Below are positions 49,164 through 60,209 of a stretch of 64,000 nucleotides of DNA, piece by piece. The notes beneath the pieces are model-generated. The model searched no databases and was not told the DNA's origin. It worked only from the letters and a program-made list of their open reading frames with translations. The stretch is taken from NCBI GenBank assembly GCA_963666055.2, contig CAXWPH010000003.1, forward strand, positions 128,678 to 192,677, written 5' to 3'. How positions within the stretch are numbered: the stretch's first letter is position 1; each line of letters begins with the position of its first letter. A program made the position numbers and the translations under genes. Origin of the DNA: Acidobacteriota bacterium. Lineage in GTDB: Bacteria; Acidobacteriota; UBA890; WLXD01.

Positions 49164-50025
49164 TCAGAGATCCGAGATGGGTGGTGCCTGGACTGCCTCG
49201 TCGGCGCCGGCGCCGCTGTCCTGCTCGAGCACGGCAAGCAAGTCTTCCGGGCCCCATTCGTTGCCGACAAAGACCCTCACCACGGCTCCTTCCGGGTCGA
49301 CCAGAACGGTGCGTAACGAGTGCACCAGCTGACCGGCGTCAGGCATGAAGCGTAATCCGGTGAACTCTCCGAGTTCCTTGAGCGCTGCTGGCGTCGCGCT
49401 AGCGAACTGCCAACGCTCGAACCCCGCCGGGGCGGCAGCCTCCAGGTAGCGCTCACCGTACAGCCGTAGCACTTCAGCGGTATCGAACTGTGGATCGATG
49501 CTCAGCGACAGTAGCTGGAGATCGAGGAAGCGCTCGGAATCGCCCTCGACGGCAGCGAACAGCGACCGAAAAGTCTCCGACATCTGCGGACAGAAATCCG
49601 GCAATGGGCAGCGCGTATAAATGAACGTAAACGCGAAGTAACGGCCTCGATATGACCGGAACCGGCTCGCCGCGCTGCGCGGTTCGAATCACGGCCTCCG
49701 CGGCAGCACCACGGGTCGCCGGACTGGTAATGACGACGTTCTCGAGCCAGCTCTTGGCACCCTGAACGACCAGCGTTGCACGAACCGCTGCTCCCGGCTC
49801 GGCGACGTCGAAGACCCACGCGTCGGGAACGTTGAGCGGCATGGTCATCGCCGTCATGTAGTCCGCAACCGTCTCATGCTCGATAGTGAGGGTCTGGCGT
49901 TTCGCGTCCTCGCTAACCACGATTCCGACGAGATCGTAGCGCTGCGCTACTTCCAACTCCGAGTCGGCCCCGCAAGCGCATAGCAACAAGGCGGCAAGGA
50001 CGCAAAGACACGGTCGTCGGATCAT
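49164..50025 (-). pseudogene. CusF-like copper-binding domain plus SCO protein, frameshifted near 49655
   Basis: Lipobox; H....YM.AMTMP copper motif; FIYTRCPLPDFCP, SIDP.FDT and HSLRT in a second frame; the usual linker after GEPVP is missing. Confidence 0.8.
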
Positions 50026-50048
50026 ACGCGAGGCTCCCTCCCGGAGCT

Positions 50049-52238
50049 TTATAGAGATTCGAGCTTGTGGGGCCAGGCTTCAGAATAGAATGGCTCGTCG
50101 CTCTCGAGTGCGCCAGTCGGTGCGAACCGAGCGCCGAGTCGTTCCGCCAGGTCCTGCATGCGCGACCGCGTCGCGGCGCGACCACGAGCGTCGGCGTGAC
50201 GAAAGATCCCACCGCGAAACGGCGCAAAACCAGCCCCGAACACCAATGCCAAATCAGCAGCCTGCGGGGAGGTGACAATCCCCTCTTGGAGCGCCCGCGC
50301 TGATTCAGCCAGCATGGTCAGCATACACCGATCGACAATCGTTTCGGCCGTTTCGGTGTTGTCGCCCTGCCGAACGAGGCGCTCGATCTCGGGGTCCGGC
50401 TGCGGGTGCCCACCGCGCCCGTATCGATAGAAACCAGCCCCACCCTTCCGTCCGCGTCGCCCCGTCTCGTAGACGCGTATCGCCGCATCCGACCGGCGCC
50501 CCCGATCACCGAGTACCGGCGCGAGCTGCGCGGCGACCTTGGCGGCCACATCGAGACCAATCTCGTCGAGCAGGCGCAGCGGCCCCATCGGCATCCCGAA
50601 CTCCTCCAGGGCCCCGTCGATCTGGCCGATGGTTGCCCCTTCTTCGAGCAACAGCAGAGCTTCGTTCAGGAACGGCGTCAACACGCGGTTCACGAAGAAC
50701 CCCGGCGAGTCCGCCACCACCAACGGCACCTTGCCCATCGCCACCGCGAACGCCACTGCCGTAGCGATCGCCACGTCTGACGAGTCCGGCCCGCGGACCA
50801 CCTCCACCAACGGCATCCGGTGCACCGGGTTGAAGAAATGCAGCCCGACGAGGCGTGACGGATCGGTGAGCGCCGTAGCCATGGCTGCCACGGTGAGCGA
50901 CGAAGTGTTGGTCGCCAGGACGGTGTGTGACGACGATGCCTGCTCGGCCGCGGCCAGCACCTCATGCTTGACGTCGATGTTCTCGACCACCGCTTCGATG
51001 ATCAGGTCTGCGTGTCGAAATCCGTCGTTGTGCAGCGTCGGTGAGATCAAGCCCATTCCGCGGCGCACCTGCCGGCGGCTCATCTTGCGGCGCCGGCGGC
51101 GATCCTCGAAGCGCTCGAATGCCACCCCCATCGCGAGCCTCAGTGAGTCCATCGAGATGTCCTTCATACGCACCGAAACCCCACGGTACGCCGCCAGCTG
51201 CGCGATTCCGCCACCCATCACCCCGGCGCCAAGCACTCCCAACCGTTGTACTGATCGGGGATCCCCGGCCACGGCATCGAACCGGTCGCGCCGCGCCGCC
51301 TGCCGGAGAAAGAAGATCCCCACCAGGTTGCGGGTCACCTCGTGCACTACCAGCTCTCCGATTGCCTCGGCCTCCAGCCTGAGGCCCTGCTCGAGGGAGC
51401 CACGGAGGCCCCGCCGTACTGCCGCCACGGCCGCGGTCGGCGCCGGGTAGTGCCCTTTCGTCCGCCGGGCAACGCTGGCTACCGCCTGCCGGAACACCAG
51501 CGCCCGTCCGACCGGATTACCCTCGACGACCCAGCGCCGCAGGCGACGAACCAGAGGCTTGTCCTCCAGTGCTACCCGCCACGGGCGCGCGTACGGATGC
51601 TCCAAAGCCCATCGAATAGCCGTGGCGCGCAGCAGCGGCGCCGGCACGACCGCGTCAACCAGACCGATGCGGCGGGCACGCTTGGCGTCGGCGGAGCGCC
51701 CGGTAAGGATCATCGGCAGCGCTCGCTCCAACGACAACAACCGCGGCAGCCGCTGTGTTCCGCCGAAGCCCGGAATGATACCGAGGTTCACCTCCGGAAA
51801 CCCGATCTCGACGGTCGGATCGTCGGCGGCGATTCGATAGTGGCACGCTAACGCGAGCTCAGCGCCTCCGCCCAGGCAGGTGCCGTTGATCGCCGCCACG
51901 GTGGTGAGCGGCAGCTCGGCGAGCGCCTGGAAGGCGAGCTGCCCCTGACGGGCACCCGCTGCGCCAGCGGCCGCACTGCGTACCCCGCCGATCACACCCA
52001 CATCGAGACCGGCGATAAACGAGCCCCGCTTGCCGGAGGCGACTAAGAGACCGCGCAGTCGCCCCTGCTCGGCGAGGTCGCGTACCTCGGCCACCAGCGA
52101 AACGAATCGCTCGATGAGCTCGGGCGTGAACCGGTTGTGCTGGCTGTCGGGTTGATCGAACTCGAGTACAGCGATCCCGTCGGCATCAACGTCGAGGCTG
52201 AGTCCGGCCCCGACAACAGCGTCGTGCTTGCCGCTCAC
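50049..52238 (-). CDS. fadJ: Fatty-acid oxidation complex alpha subunit (enoyl-CoA hydratase / 3-hydroxyacyl-CoA dehydrogenase)
   Basis: CLGGG.ELALAC, PEV.LG..PG.GGTQRLPR, GAGVMG.GIA, NTSSL, HFFNP, PMGP. Confidence 0.9.
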   Translation of the reverse strand: MSGKHDAVVGAGLSLDVDADGIAVLEFDQPDSQHNRFTPELIERFVSLVAEVRDLAEQGRLRGLLVASGKRGSFIAGLDVGVIGGVRSAAAGAAGARQGQLAFQALAELPLTTVAAINGTCLGGGAELALACHYRIAADDPTVEIGFPEVNLGIIPGFGGTQRLPRLLSLERALPMILTGRSADAKRARRIGLVDAVVPAPLLRATAIRWALEHPYARPWRVALEDKPLVRRLRRWVVEGNPVGRALVFRQAVASVARRTKGHYPAPTAAVAAVRRGLRGSLEQGLRLEAEAIGELVVHEVTRNLVGIFFLRQAARRDRFDAVAGDPRSVQRLGVLGAGVMGGGIAQLAAYRGVSVRMKDISMDSLRLAMGVAFERFEDRRRRRKMSRRQVRRGMGLISPTLHNDGFRHADLIIEAVVENIDVKHEVLAAAEQASSSHTVLATNTSSLTVAAMATALTDPSRLVGLHFFNPVHRMPLVEVVRGPDSSDVAIATAVAFAVAMGKVPLVVADSPGFFVNRVLTPFLNEALLLLEEGATIGQIDGALEEFGMPMGPLRLLDEIGLDVAAKVAAQLAPVLGDRGRRSDAAIRVYETGRRGRKGGAGFYRYGRGGHPQPDPEIERLVRQGDNTETAETIVDRCMLTMLAESARALQEGIVTSPQAADLALVFGAGFAPFRGGIFRHADARGRAATRSRMQDLAERLGARFAPTGALESDEPFYSEAWPHKLESL

Positions 52239-52289
52239 CGCCAGTTTCCTCGGCTTCTGTCTCGTTGCATCGCGCCGAGTCGGGCACCG

Positions 52290-52369
52290 GTATCACCTCG
52301 TCGTCGCTTCTTGCCCGCGCCCGCAAGTCCCACTTGCCAGACCCACCACATCTTCGCCACAGCCTGTTA
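52290..52369 (-). repeat. Diverged relative of MITE family 1 between thiolase and fadJ
   Basis: Minus strand TAACAGGCTGTGGCGAAGATGTGGTGGGTCTGGCAAGTGGGACTTGCG..GGCAAG, starting at the thiolase stop codon. Confidence 0.55.
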
Positions 52370-53653
52370 ACGCTCCAGGACGATGGCGCCGCCCTGGCCG
52401 CCGCCGATACACATCGTGGCCAACCCTCGACCTACTCGGCGGCGCGCCATTTCAAGCAGCAGCGTAAGCACCAATCGGGCGCCTGTGGTTCCAACCGGGT
52501 GGCCAAGGGCAATCGCACCACCGTTGACGTTCAACCGCTCCATGGGGATATCTCCAATAGCCTTGTCGCGCCCCAACTCCTGGCGTGCGAACACACCCGA
52601 CCGGAAGCACAACAGGCACGCAAGGACCTGCGCTGCAAAGGCCTCGTTGAGCTCGACGAGGTCGATCTGATCGAGGTTGACGCCGGCGTCGTCGAGCGCC
52701 CGAGGCGTGGCGAAACACGGTCCGAGACCCATGCGACGTGGCGAAAGCCCGCCCCAGCCGTATCCCGCAATGCGGCCCAGCGGTTCGTAACCGAGGTCCG
52801 CGGCCAACCTGGCCCCCATGACCAGCGTCACCGCCGCCCCATCGGTAACCATGCAGGAGTTGCCCGGGGTTACCGTGCCATGGCGTCGATCGAATGCCGG
52901 CCGTAGCTTCGCCAGCGCCTCCACGCTCTGATTCGCGCGTGGCCCGACATCGGTATCGATCGTAGTGTCGTAGCGAGGCGGTTCGTAGATTGAGATGCGC
53001 TCGTCCTCGAAACGCCCTTCGGCCTCGGCTGCCACCGCCAGTTGGTGGCTGCGCAAGGCGAACTCGTCCTGCTGTTCACGAGTGATGCCGAACTCCTTGG
53101 CCAGCACCTCCGCGGTCTCGCCCATGTTGAGGCCACATACCGGGTCGGTCAGGCCAGTAGCCAATGCGATCTCGGGCCGGAAATGGCGCAACCGGAAGCC
53201 GGACAGCGCCGCCAGACGCGCCATCGGCGAGCGCGCCCGATAGACGCCCTCGAAGACGCGAGTGGCGGCTCGGGAATACAGCAGCGGATAACCGCTCATC
53301 GACTCCACACCACCAGCCACGATCACCTGGGCGCGACCGCTCCGAACGCGCTCCGCGGCCGTCGTTATCGCCTCCAAGCCAGAACCGCAATTGCGCTGCA
53401 CGGTCACCGCCGGGATCTGCCGCGGAAGGTTGGCTCTCAGAGCGACCACGCGCGCGATGTTGGCGGCGTCGATCGGGTTACCGGCACAACCGAGGATCAC
53501 CTCGTCGATACGGTCTGGCTCAATATCGGCGCGAGCGACGAGCTCACCGACCGCCTGGCGGCCCAGCTCGACCGCGGGTATCCGGCGCAGCGCCGTGCTG
53601 GCCTTGGCAAACACTGTCCGCAGCCCGTGGGTGACGACCACCTCAGTGGACAT
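52367..53653 (-). CDS. fadI: Acetyl-CoA C-acyltransferase (thiolase)
   Basis: [31 protein letters not shown]. Confidence 0.9.
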   Translation of the reverse strand: MSTEVVVTHGLRTVFAKASTALRRIPAVELGRQAVGELVARADIEPDRIDEVILGCAGNPIDAANIARVVALRANLPRQIPAVTVQRNCGSGLEAITTAAERVRSGRAQVIVAGGVESMSGYPLLYSRAATRVFEGVYRARSPMARLAALSGFRLRHFRPEIALATGLTDPVCGLNMGETAEVLAKEFGITREQQDEFALRSHQLAVAAEAEGRFEDERISIYEPPRYDTTIDTDVGPRANQSVEALAKLRPAFDRRHGTVTPGNSCMVTDGAAVTLVMGARLAADLGYEPLGRIAGYGWGGLSPRRMGLGPCFATPRALDDAGVNLDQIDLVELNEAFAAQVLACLLCFRSGVFARQELGRDKAIGDIPMERLNVNGGAIALGHPVGTTGARLVLTLLLEMARRRVGRGLATMCIGGGQGGAIVLER

Positions 53654-55385
53654 ACATCTCCTCGATCAGGGCAGCGAAATCCTCCTCTACCGTGTGGCGC
53701 ACAAGCTTCATGGTCGGGGTCAGATGGCCATCCGCCACCGTGAACGGACGATCGACCAGGCGGAAAGCGCGGGCGCGCTCGTATCGCGCCAGGTTGACCT
53801 GCAACCGCTCGAGCTCGCCTGCAAACAGTTCGCGCACCTCGTCGGACACGCAAAGCGCCGCGCTATCTCCACCGAGGCCGCGCTCAGCGGCCCAGCGCTC
53901 GAGGCGCGAGAACGCTGGCACAATCAACGCCGCGACGAACCGGCGGTTGTTGCCGACGGTGATCACCTGCTCGACCCATGGGCTCGCCGAGATCGCTGTC
54001 TCGACGGTTTGGGGTGCCACATTCTTGCCGGTCGAGGTCACCAGAATGGCCTTTTTTCGATCGGTGATCCGCAGGTAACCGCCGGGCTCGATCGTGCCCA
54101 CGTCGCCAGTGAACAACCAGCCGTCGCGCAGCGCCTCGGCGGTCGCCTCCGGGTCGTCGAGATACCCCTTCATGACGCTGGGGGCTCGCACCACGATCTC
54201 GTTGTCTGCGGCGAGCCGCACCTCTACGTTCTCTAGCGGCCTCCCCACCGTTCCGATGCGATTGTCGCCCGGGGAGTTGGTCGAGATGACCGGCGCACTC
54301 TCGGTGAGGCCATAGCCCTGAATCAACTCCCAGCCCATCGCCGCGTACCACCAGTTGAGCTCCGGATCGAGAGCAGCGCCGCCGGCAGACATCACCCGCA
54401 TCCGCCCACCGGTCGCTTCACGGATCTTGCGGAGGACGAGCTTTTCGACGACAGGATGGAGGAGTTGGTTCAGCAATCCTTCCGGCTCACCTGCGTACAA
54501 CGCACGCGCCCGCCCCATTCCCACCTGCAGCGCCAACGCATAGATGCGCGACCCATCGGCGCGATCCTCAATCGCTTGCCGCACCTTCTCGTACAGTCGC
54601 GGCACTCCGGCCATCATCGTGGGACGCACGAGCCCCATGTCGGTGCTCAGCTCAGACGGGTCGCTGTAGGCGATACGCGCCCCGGCCGCGAGATAGCAGT
54701 AGTCGATCATACGCTCGTAGACGTGACACAGGGGAAGCAGACAAAGCGCCACATCTGTCGCTTCGACCGGCGAGCATTCGATCACCCCCTCGACGTTGGC
54801 GACGAGGTTGCGGTGCGTCAACATCACACCTTTGGGTGGACCGCTTGTACCGGACGTGAAGATGATGGTCGCCACCGAATCGGCACTTTCCGGTCCGTCG
54901 AAGTCGCCACCGCTGTCATCGGGCAGGAAATCGTCCCATTCCACCATCGGCACATCGATCTGTTGGTCGGCTGGGTGATCGAGCACCACCAACGTCGTGA
55001 GCTCTGGCAGGCGGCCCGCCCCCGACGCGACCTTCGCCACCTGCTCGGGCGAGTCGACCACCACGACGCGGCACTTGCTGCGGCGGAAACAGTCCTCCAC
55101 CTGTGCTGCGGCAAGGGTTGGGAAAAGCGGCACCAGGACCGCCCCCAGTCGATGGCAGGCAAAATCGACCACGTGCCATTCTGGTCGATTGCCGCTGACC
55201 AGCCCGACCCGACCCCCGCGACCGACGCCCAGATCGCGCAACGCACTGGCGCACCGATCCACCTGCTCGAGCAGGTCTGCCGCACTCCACGCGTCGAAAG
55301 AGGCGGCGCCCACCCGGCGCACGTACAGAAGCTCGCTGCGCCCGTCGGCCGCAACCCGATCGAGGATGTCACAGAGCGTCTTCAT
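53643..55385 (-). CDS. Long-chain fatty acid-CoA ligase
   Basis: FTSGTSGPPKG, QGYGLTES, TGDVG, DRKK...GKN.AP. Confidence 0.95.
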   Translation of the reverse strand: MKTLCDILDRVAADGRSELLYVRRVGAASFDAWSAADLLEQVDRCASALRDLGVGRGGRVGLVSGNRPEWHVVDFACHRLGAVLVPLFPTLAAAQVEDCFRRSKCRVVVVDSPEQVAKVASGAGRLPELTTLVVLDHPADQQIDVPMVEWDDFLPDDSGGDFDGPESADSVATIIFTSGTSGPPKGVMLTHRNLVANVEGVIECSPVEATDVALCLLPLCHVYERMIDYCYLAAGARIAYSDPSELSTDMGLVRPTMMAGVPRLYEKVRQAIEDRADGSRIYALALQVGMGRARALYAGEPEGLLNQLLHPVVEKLVLRKIREATGGRMRVMSAGGAALDPELNWWYAAMGWELIQGYGLTESAPVISTNSPGDNRIGTVGRPLENVEVRLAADNEIVVRAPSVMKGYLDDPEATAEALRDGWLFTGDVGTIEPGGYLRITDRKKAILVTSTGKNVAPQTVETAISASPWVEQVITVGNNRRFVAALIVPAFSRLERWAAERGLGGDSAALCVSDEVRELFAGELERLQVNLARYERARAFRLVDRPFTVADGHLTPTMKLVRHTVEEDFAALIEEMYVH

Positions 55386-55549
55386 CGTCGGGCGCAAGCG
55401 GCGCCGCTCCTGTTTTTCCCGTGCAAGACAGAACCTTACCCCATCCTGGCGCGAGTGGGTCGCGGGTGCGAAGCACGTATGCGATCGTGGAGGCGTTGTC
55501 TCGATCCGACCGCCGTTCGCCGACCAGCAGCTCGCTCCAAGGCCCGCAG

Positions 55550-56731
55550 ATGTTCAGCCCTGGCCAGCCCTTCTTCGCGCCCATCCTCCTGCCCTCGGAC
55601 CGCGAAGCGCTCGCCGACTCGCCGCGTCAGCATGCCGCAGTGCTGTCGATCAACTACGCCATGAACCCACGCAACGCCACCTTGTTCGAATTGGCAAGGG
55701 CCCGGGTTGAGCGACTCCTGGTAGACCCGCGAACGGCCTCGTTCCAGTTCGAGGGCTACTTGAGCATGGAGGACTATCGCAAGGTCCCATACAGCCCCGG
55801 CAAGCTCACCCTGGGCACTCTGTGGGAGCCGCGTGACTTCGCGACACGCCAGCAACGAGCTCGCCTGATCGAACCCGTGTGTACGGCGCAGGCCACCGTG
55901 GGCGCCAGCGTCCTGATCGCACCATACGTACTCGTGCCGGATGTGGCGCACCCCTGGCTATCGATCGCCGTCGACCTGGCTAGCGAGACCCTGTCGGGTA
56001 ACCGCCGCCACCCGATGGCGGTGGCAGTCTGCGTGGATATCGACGCGGTGCTCACGGCGGCGCAACGCGCCGTCCTGTGCGACGGCTTTGGTCAGCTCGA
56101 ACCCGAGTTGTTCCTGCTGACAGTGGTCAACTTCGACGAGGTCGAGGCGAGCCCCGAGGAGGCTCTAGCGGTCATCGATCTCATCAAGCGCCTTGGCTCC
56201 GGCGGCGCCCCGGTAGTGCTGATGTACGCTGGCCGGGCTGGTCTCTCGACGATCGCCGCCGGTGCGGCCGGGTATGCGGGCGGTGGATTGGAGCTGGAAT
56301 CACACCCGAAGCGCTACTTCCGCGAGGGACTCGTGAACCTGCACGCCAACAGCTACTACCTGCCGGGTTGCATGCTGCGGCTACCGGTGCGACTCGCAGA
56401 CGCCATCGCGCGCCGCGTACCGGAGGCGCTGGGGACCGACGAGGGTCTCCCCGCAGCCAAGGTGTATCGCCGGCGGCTGACCGCCGCGCTGGCGGCGAAG
56501 CACGCCGAGGTGCGGGCGCTTGCTGAGCTCGAGGACACGGCGCGAATCAGCTGGTTGCGGGCCCGGATAGACAGCGCCCTCGAGGTTTGTGAACGCGCCC
56601 GTACAGCGCTCGACGATGACGCTAGCTCTGGCACGCCACAGCTGTCGGGTGGGACCTTTCACTACCTCGAGGTGCTACGCGAGGTCGCCGGCGGCCCCGC
56701 GGCTCGACGTCCCGAGCACCCCGACTTCTGA
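55550..56731 (+). CDS. Hypothetical alpha/beta (TIM-barrel-like) protein
   Basis: 393-aa ORF filling the gap; alternating beta/alpha pattern, LLVDP..., Q...GA.VLIAPY; no confident family. Confidence 0.6.
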   Translation: MFSPGQPFFAPILLPSDREALADSPRQHAAVLSINYAMNPRNATLFELARARVERLLVDPRTASFQFEGYLSMEDYRKVPYSPGKLTLGTLWEPRDFATRQQRARLIEPVCTAQATVGASVLIAPYVLVPDVAHPWLSIAVDLASETLSGNRRHPMAVAVCVDIDAVLTAAQRAVLCDGFGQLEPELFLLTVVNFDEVEASPEEALAVIDLIKRLGSGGAPVVLMYAGRAGLSTIAAGAAGYAGGGLELESHPKRYFREGLVNLHANSYYLPGCMLRLPVRLADAIARRVPEALGTDEGLPAAKVYRRRLTAALAAKHAEVRALAELEDTARISWLRARIDSALEVCERARTALDDDASSGTPQLSGGTFHYLEVLREVAGGPAARRPEHPDF

Positions 56732-56732
56732 C

Positions 56733-57293
56733 TCAGGTCGCCGCAAGGTCGGCGAGCGGACCGACAGAGTCGAACCGCAAGTCGCACGCTTGGCGTTTCC
56801 CCGTGTCGGCGCAGTACACGCCGCAGCTATCAAAGGGATGCGAGTACACGTGCAGGCTCACGGCAGGTTCTTGCCACTCGGCCAGGTTGCCGATGCGATG
56901 CACGCACGCACAGCGGTCCAGGTAGAGGTCATCACCGTCGCCCCCGACGATCGCGTCATGCAACAGCCGAGGTGGACCCTCTCCCTCCTTCCACTGGTAG
57001 TCGATGATCTGCAGTCGGCCCTGCTCGACAACCATCCAGCAGCGCTGCCCCGCATGGTCATGGATCGGGCTCACCTGGCCAATTCCCCAACCCAGGAGAA
57101 TCACCTGGAAACGGTGATCGTTGTACACCAGATGCCGGGTATAGTGCTCTTCGTTCCAGACCGCTGAGCCAGCCAGCTCGGCAGGCTCGATGCGACATTC
57201 TCGTAGCGCCACCATCATGTCGGGGTCGCAGGGATCCCCGTCTGGAAGCGATCTGAGCGCCTCGACGAACGCCGCGAAACCCACGTAGGCCAC
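56733..57293 (-). CDS. Cysteine dioxygenase type I family
   Basis: YTR.L, SPIHDH...C, VHR..N, AVSLHVY; GGAGGAGG RBS. Confidence 0.88.
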   Translation of the reverse strand: MAYVGFAAFVEALRSLPDGDPCDPDMMVALRECRIEPAELAGSAVWNEEHYTRHLVYNDHRFQVILLGWGIGQVSPIHDHAGQRCWMVVEQGRLQIIDYQWKEGEGPPRLLHDAIVGGDGDDLYLDRCACVHRIGNLAEWQEPAVSLHVYSHPFDSCGVYCADTGKRQACDLRFDSVGPLADLAAT

Positions 57294-57444
57294 CGTCCTC
57301 CCTCCCACCAATCGAGCACCCGTGGGGGGGGCGGCGCACGGCGCGGAGTCTAGCAGCCGTCATCGTTTGCTGCGCTGAGCGGCTGCCGGGCGACCGGTTG
57401 TGCGATCATCTGCCGGGTCGTACGAGCGCAAGAAGGAGGTTGTG

Positions 57445-57993
57445 GTGGCGTTTATCAGTGTCATCGGTGAGGAGGAAGCCACCGGTCTGCTGCGGCGCGA
57501 GTACGACGCCGCAATGAAACGAGCGGGGAAGCTCTTCAACGTTGTCAAGATCCAGGGCGTGCGACCGCGCGTGCTCCGTTCCGGTATCGCCCTGTACTCC
57601 CAGATCATGCACGGTGAGTCCGAGCTGACGCGCGCCGAGCGTGAAATGATCGCTGTGATCGTCTCACAGGCGAACGACTGCCACTACTGAGTGCGCTCCC
57701 ACGCTGACGACCTCCGTGCCGAGGTCGACGATCCAGGGCTCGTCGAGGCGATCGAGCGCGATTGGCAGAGCGCGCCGCTGCAACGTATCTCGGAACGGGC
57801 CGTCGCCCTGTGCGCGCACGCCGTCAAGCTCACCCGCGAACCGGCGAGCATCGGCGAGCCGGACATGAGCCGCCTGCGGGAGGCCGGTTGTACCGACGGC
57901 GCGATCCACGACCTGACCCAGGTCGTGGGGTTCTTCGCTTACTACAACCGTCTCGCCGACGGCCTGGGTATCGATCCCGAGCCCGACTGGTAG
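57445..57993 (+). CDS. AhpD-like / peroxidase-related enzyme, probable selenoprotein (CxxU, UGA 57688-57690)
   Basis: L.R.EREMIAV.VS..N.CHY-UGA-VRSH continues in frame to A.KLT..P, L...G..D..I.D...V.G.F.Y.NR.ADGLG; AAGGAGG RBS. Confidence 0.9.
57708..57727 (+). promoter_or_regulatory. Putative bacterial SECIS hairpin (AhpD-like gene)
   Basis: CGACCTC-CGTGCC-GAGGTCG, perfect 7-bp stem starting 17 nt after UGA. Confidence 0.7.
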
Positions 57994-58009
57994 TCAACTC
58001 CGTCGACGC

Positions 58010-59412
58010 CTACCGGACGTTGACCGCCACCTCGAACAGGATGCGGCGACCGATGATGTCGCCATAGACGTGCTGCAGCACCTCGACGCCGGTGAGATTC
58101 GTGGCCCTGACCGACGCCTCGGCAGTGCCGTCGAGGAACATGTGCCCGAGCGATGCATCGAGCGTCGTGTAGGAATCGGTAAAGCCGAAGAACCGCGAGT
58201 CCAGCACGTCGGTCCAGTACGCCTCGCCGACGTGATTGACGGAGGCACCGTAGTACATCTTGCCGGCCCAACCGCTCCAGGCAACGTTGAAGCGATGCTG
58301 GGGCGGGATCCCGACGTCTTCCGCCGGCACGCCTGTGACCTCAGGCTCAGCCTGATAGGAGTAGTTGACGATCAAGGTGTTTCGCGACACCGGCAGAACC
58401 CTGAGACCCACCTCGAAGCCCTTGTTCACGGTCTCGGCGATGTTGCGGTACGAGAACCTTGCCGGCAGCACTACGGGCCCGAAGGACGGCAACAGGAACG
58501 TCGGCAGCGACCAGCCTGGAGGCGGGTTGAACGCCGTATATACCTCACTGGTGTAGAAATCGATGCTGTTCGTGGTTTCGGTGCGGTAGGCGCTGATGTC
58601 CCAGGAGAACTTGCCGTTCGCTACCGAGCCGCGGTAGCCGATCTCGAACTGATCGAGGCGCTCCACCACCAGGTCGGGGTTGCCGACAACAATCGACGGG
58701 AAAATGATCTGCCCGATCGGCGGGCCCACGTCGACGGCGTTGAAGATCTCGACCTCGAGGTAATTGTTGACCAGCGAGGGAGCACGGAACCCACGCCCGA
58801 ACCCGGCGCGGATCACGTGGTTCGATGATCGGGTAGGGTGCAACAACACTGCCCCGCGCGGCGACGTCACCGCGCCGTCGACCACGTCGAAGTAGTCGAC
58901 GCGGACCCCAGCGTGGATCGTCACGTAGTCATTGATGTCGACGTCGAAGTTGGTAAATCCGCCCCCCTCTGTGCGATTGAAAAGTCCAGATACACGGTTC
59001 GCCCGTCGATCAGCACGAGCTGCGACGCATCGAGCGTATTGGTGGACGAGCGCGCCGACATGCTGACGTCGCGCGCGCTGGTTTGGATCACGTTGAGGCC
59101 GGGCACTCCGCGCAATAGATCGGCGTAGTTCTGTGCCGGGCTCAGCGCGATATCGTCGGCGCCGATGACGGTTATCGCCGTGGGTGCTTCGAGCAGCAGT
59201 TCCTCGACGCGTGAGGCCGTGACCACAACGACCTCCTCGATGCTCGGCGGTTGTTGCTCCTGCTCCTGCGGTTGCTGCTCCTGGTTTTGCTGATCCTGCT
59301 GCTCGGCTGGATCCTGCATCGGCGCCGCCAGCACCGTCTGCGTAGCCACCGGCATCAGCATCGCCGCAAGTAACAACACCACCACCAATGGACGCAGGGT
59401 CGGCGAGGTCAT
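58010..59412 (-). pseudogene. TonB-dependent receptor with large internal deletion and frameshift near 58980
   Basis: Signal peptide, EEVVVVTASR TonB box and plug (LR.VPG, VLIDGR) in one frame; C-terminal barrel (SPR, FRAPS, E.GY, NL) in another; total length too short. Confidence 0.85.
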
Positions 59413-59506
59413 TGCAGCCTCCCCACACGAGCGAGGATACGGCGCTCGAACCACGGTGGCGCGACCACGCCATACGTTGCCCCGCGACCGAATGATTGGG
59501 AAGTCG

Positions 59507-60037
59507 TCAGCTGGACTCGAGCGCATTGATCACCGCCCGCAGCAAGTCGCCAAAGGCGTCGATATCCTCCTGCGAGACTTCCTCGGCACGAGTGAAGACT
59601 CCGCCGACATCCTTGAAGACCATGTCGTTCACCTCGGCGCCGGAATTGGTGACAAAGGCATTGCCGAGGCCGTTCCAACCGTAGTCGGTCACACGCAACG
59701 TCATGATCGCGTGGGTGTTGAATGCTCGCTCTGCTGCGGCCATGTCCCCGGAGTTGAGCGCCTGGTAGAACTCATCGATCGCGCTGCCACGAATCGAGCC
59801 GCGTGACAAGAACAGAAACAGCGACACGGAAGTATCGACGACAATGATCGTGCTGCGCGATCCGGGGGCCGGCATGACAAAGACTGCTTCGCCCGTCGCT
59901 CCGACCAATTCTCGAACGCGTTCGACCAGCGCTACCTGATCTTCCTGTGCATCCGCGGCGGCGCTGGGGCCGAGCCCAACGGTAGCCAACACGGCGACGG
60001 CGACGCCGCCGCGCCACAAGCGTGATTCGAACCTCAA
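59507..60037 (-). CDS. Hypothetical secreted protein
   Basis: Signal peptide ending ADA; GGAG RBS before a TTG start. Confidence 0.55.
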   Translation of the reverse strand: MRFESRLWRGGVAVAVLATVGLGPSAAADAQEDQVALVERVRELVGATGEAVFVMPAPGSRSTIIVVDTSVSLFLFLSRGSIRGSAIDEFYQALNSGDMAAAERAFNTHAIMTLRVTDYGWNGLGNAFVTNSGAEVNDMVFKDVGGVFTRAEEVSQEDIDAFGDLLRAVINALESS

Positions 60038-60209
60038 GGTACCTGTCTCCCCGGGGGGTCCCCCCCATAGATCGATACACGGTAGCAAAGCCGAGTAGGC
60101 TGCTCAACAGAGTCGCTGCAAGTACCGTCCATGGCCGCTCGTGCGCGATACCGTCCGAGCGATTCCAATTAGAATGTCGAGCATACTCGCCGCCAACGAC
60201 AGAGGCGAC

